Shown: piece by piece, positions 63,446-64,000 of the stretch
How positions within the stretch are numbered: the stretch's first letter is position 1
How the letters are laid out: each line of letters begins with the position of its first letter
DNA from: Nitrospiraceae bacterium
Lineage (GTDB): Bacteria; Nitrospirota; Nitrospiria; Nitrospirales; Nitrospiraceae
DNA length: 64,000 nt
Direction of reading: 5' to 3'
Assembly: GCA_050246315.1 (NCBI GenBank)
Contig: JBFWWG010000005.1
Span: 128,001 to 192,000 of the forward strand
Program-made: the position numbers and the translations under genes
The notes under the pieces: generated by a model
Database searches by the model: none
What the model saw: the letters and a program-made list of their open reading frames with translations, nothing else
Told to the model about the DNA's origin: nothing

Positions 63446-63877
63446 CCCACATTGATTCATAACCGCCTCGACGGCAACCACGATTCGACCGGGTGCTCTT
63501 CTCCATGTAATGAGTCTACGATCTCGATATGAACAGGTGAAATGTCACGAACCAGCATGAATCATGGAAGCCAATCCGCATTATTCATGAACGATTCTAC
63601 TGCGACTGCGTATACGCCGCCGCGACAAGCCTGGCCAGTCGAAGGGATTTCTCCGGCGGCGACAATGAAGAGGGGCTCGGCCCGACGAGCCGTCGGCTCA
63701 CATGAAGTGCGGTATGGCGCACGGGCTCACCACTGGCGACCCCGACATACTGTTTCAAGTATGCCGTGGTCTCTCGTGGCTCCGCGTGGGGGTACCCATT
63801 GCTTTTCCGATACAATGGGTCCAACGCGTGGCGTCTCCGGACTTTCGTCACGAATCTTCATGAATAATGTGGGCTAG
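63442..63877. mobile_element. CTAG-flanked MITE-like element, same family as 59973-60131
   Basis: CTAG-CCCACATTGATTCAT ... ATGAATAATGTGGG-CTAG; internal end-like copy near 63576. Confidence 0.75.
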
Positions 63878-64000
63878 GTACTGGCGGACCCTCTGTTGCT
63901 GAAGAAGATCTGATTCGGACTGATGACAATTTCGGGAGGAGGAGACGAGTGATCCGACAGATATCATGCGCCGGTCGGCATCGATCATGGCCATGCGCGA

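Overview
A 64-kb GC-rich bacterial chromosomal segment; the gene content and intergenic repeats suggest Nitrospira/Nitrospirota (inference). Most of it is housekeeping: thiD, tenA, sthA, a two-subunit biotin carboxylase, hemE-hemH-hemY, ntrYX, rlmD, purMN, ald, an RpoS-like sigma factor, apt, dksA, queC, tRNA-Ala(CGC) and tRNA-Pro(CGG). Four parts stand out. (1) A ~4.5-kb accessory patch between tenA and thiD holds two PIN toxin-antitoxin pairs, a decayed integron with intI co-oriented with its cassettes, and a RAYT pseudogene. (2) A putative metal-regulated extracytoplasmic flavinylation operon encodes a Com-like Cys4 mini-protein, a porin, a lipoprotein, an FMN-binding protein, a His-containing membrane protein and ApbE. 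(3) Homologous ~99-nt-period hairpin repeats with a compensatory stem change lie directly behind both tRNA genes. (4) Four different MITE-like elements sit end to end, each joined by a single CTAG. All calls come from reading motifs by eye; no database searches were run.
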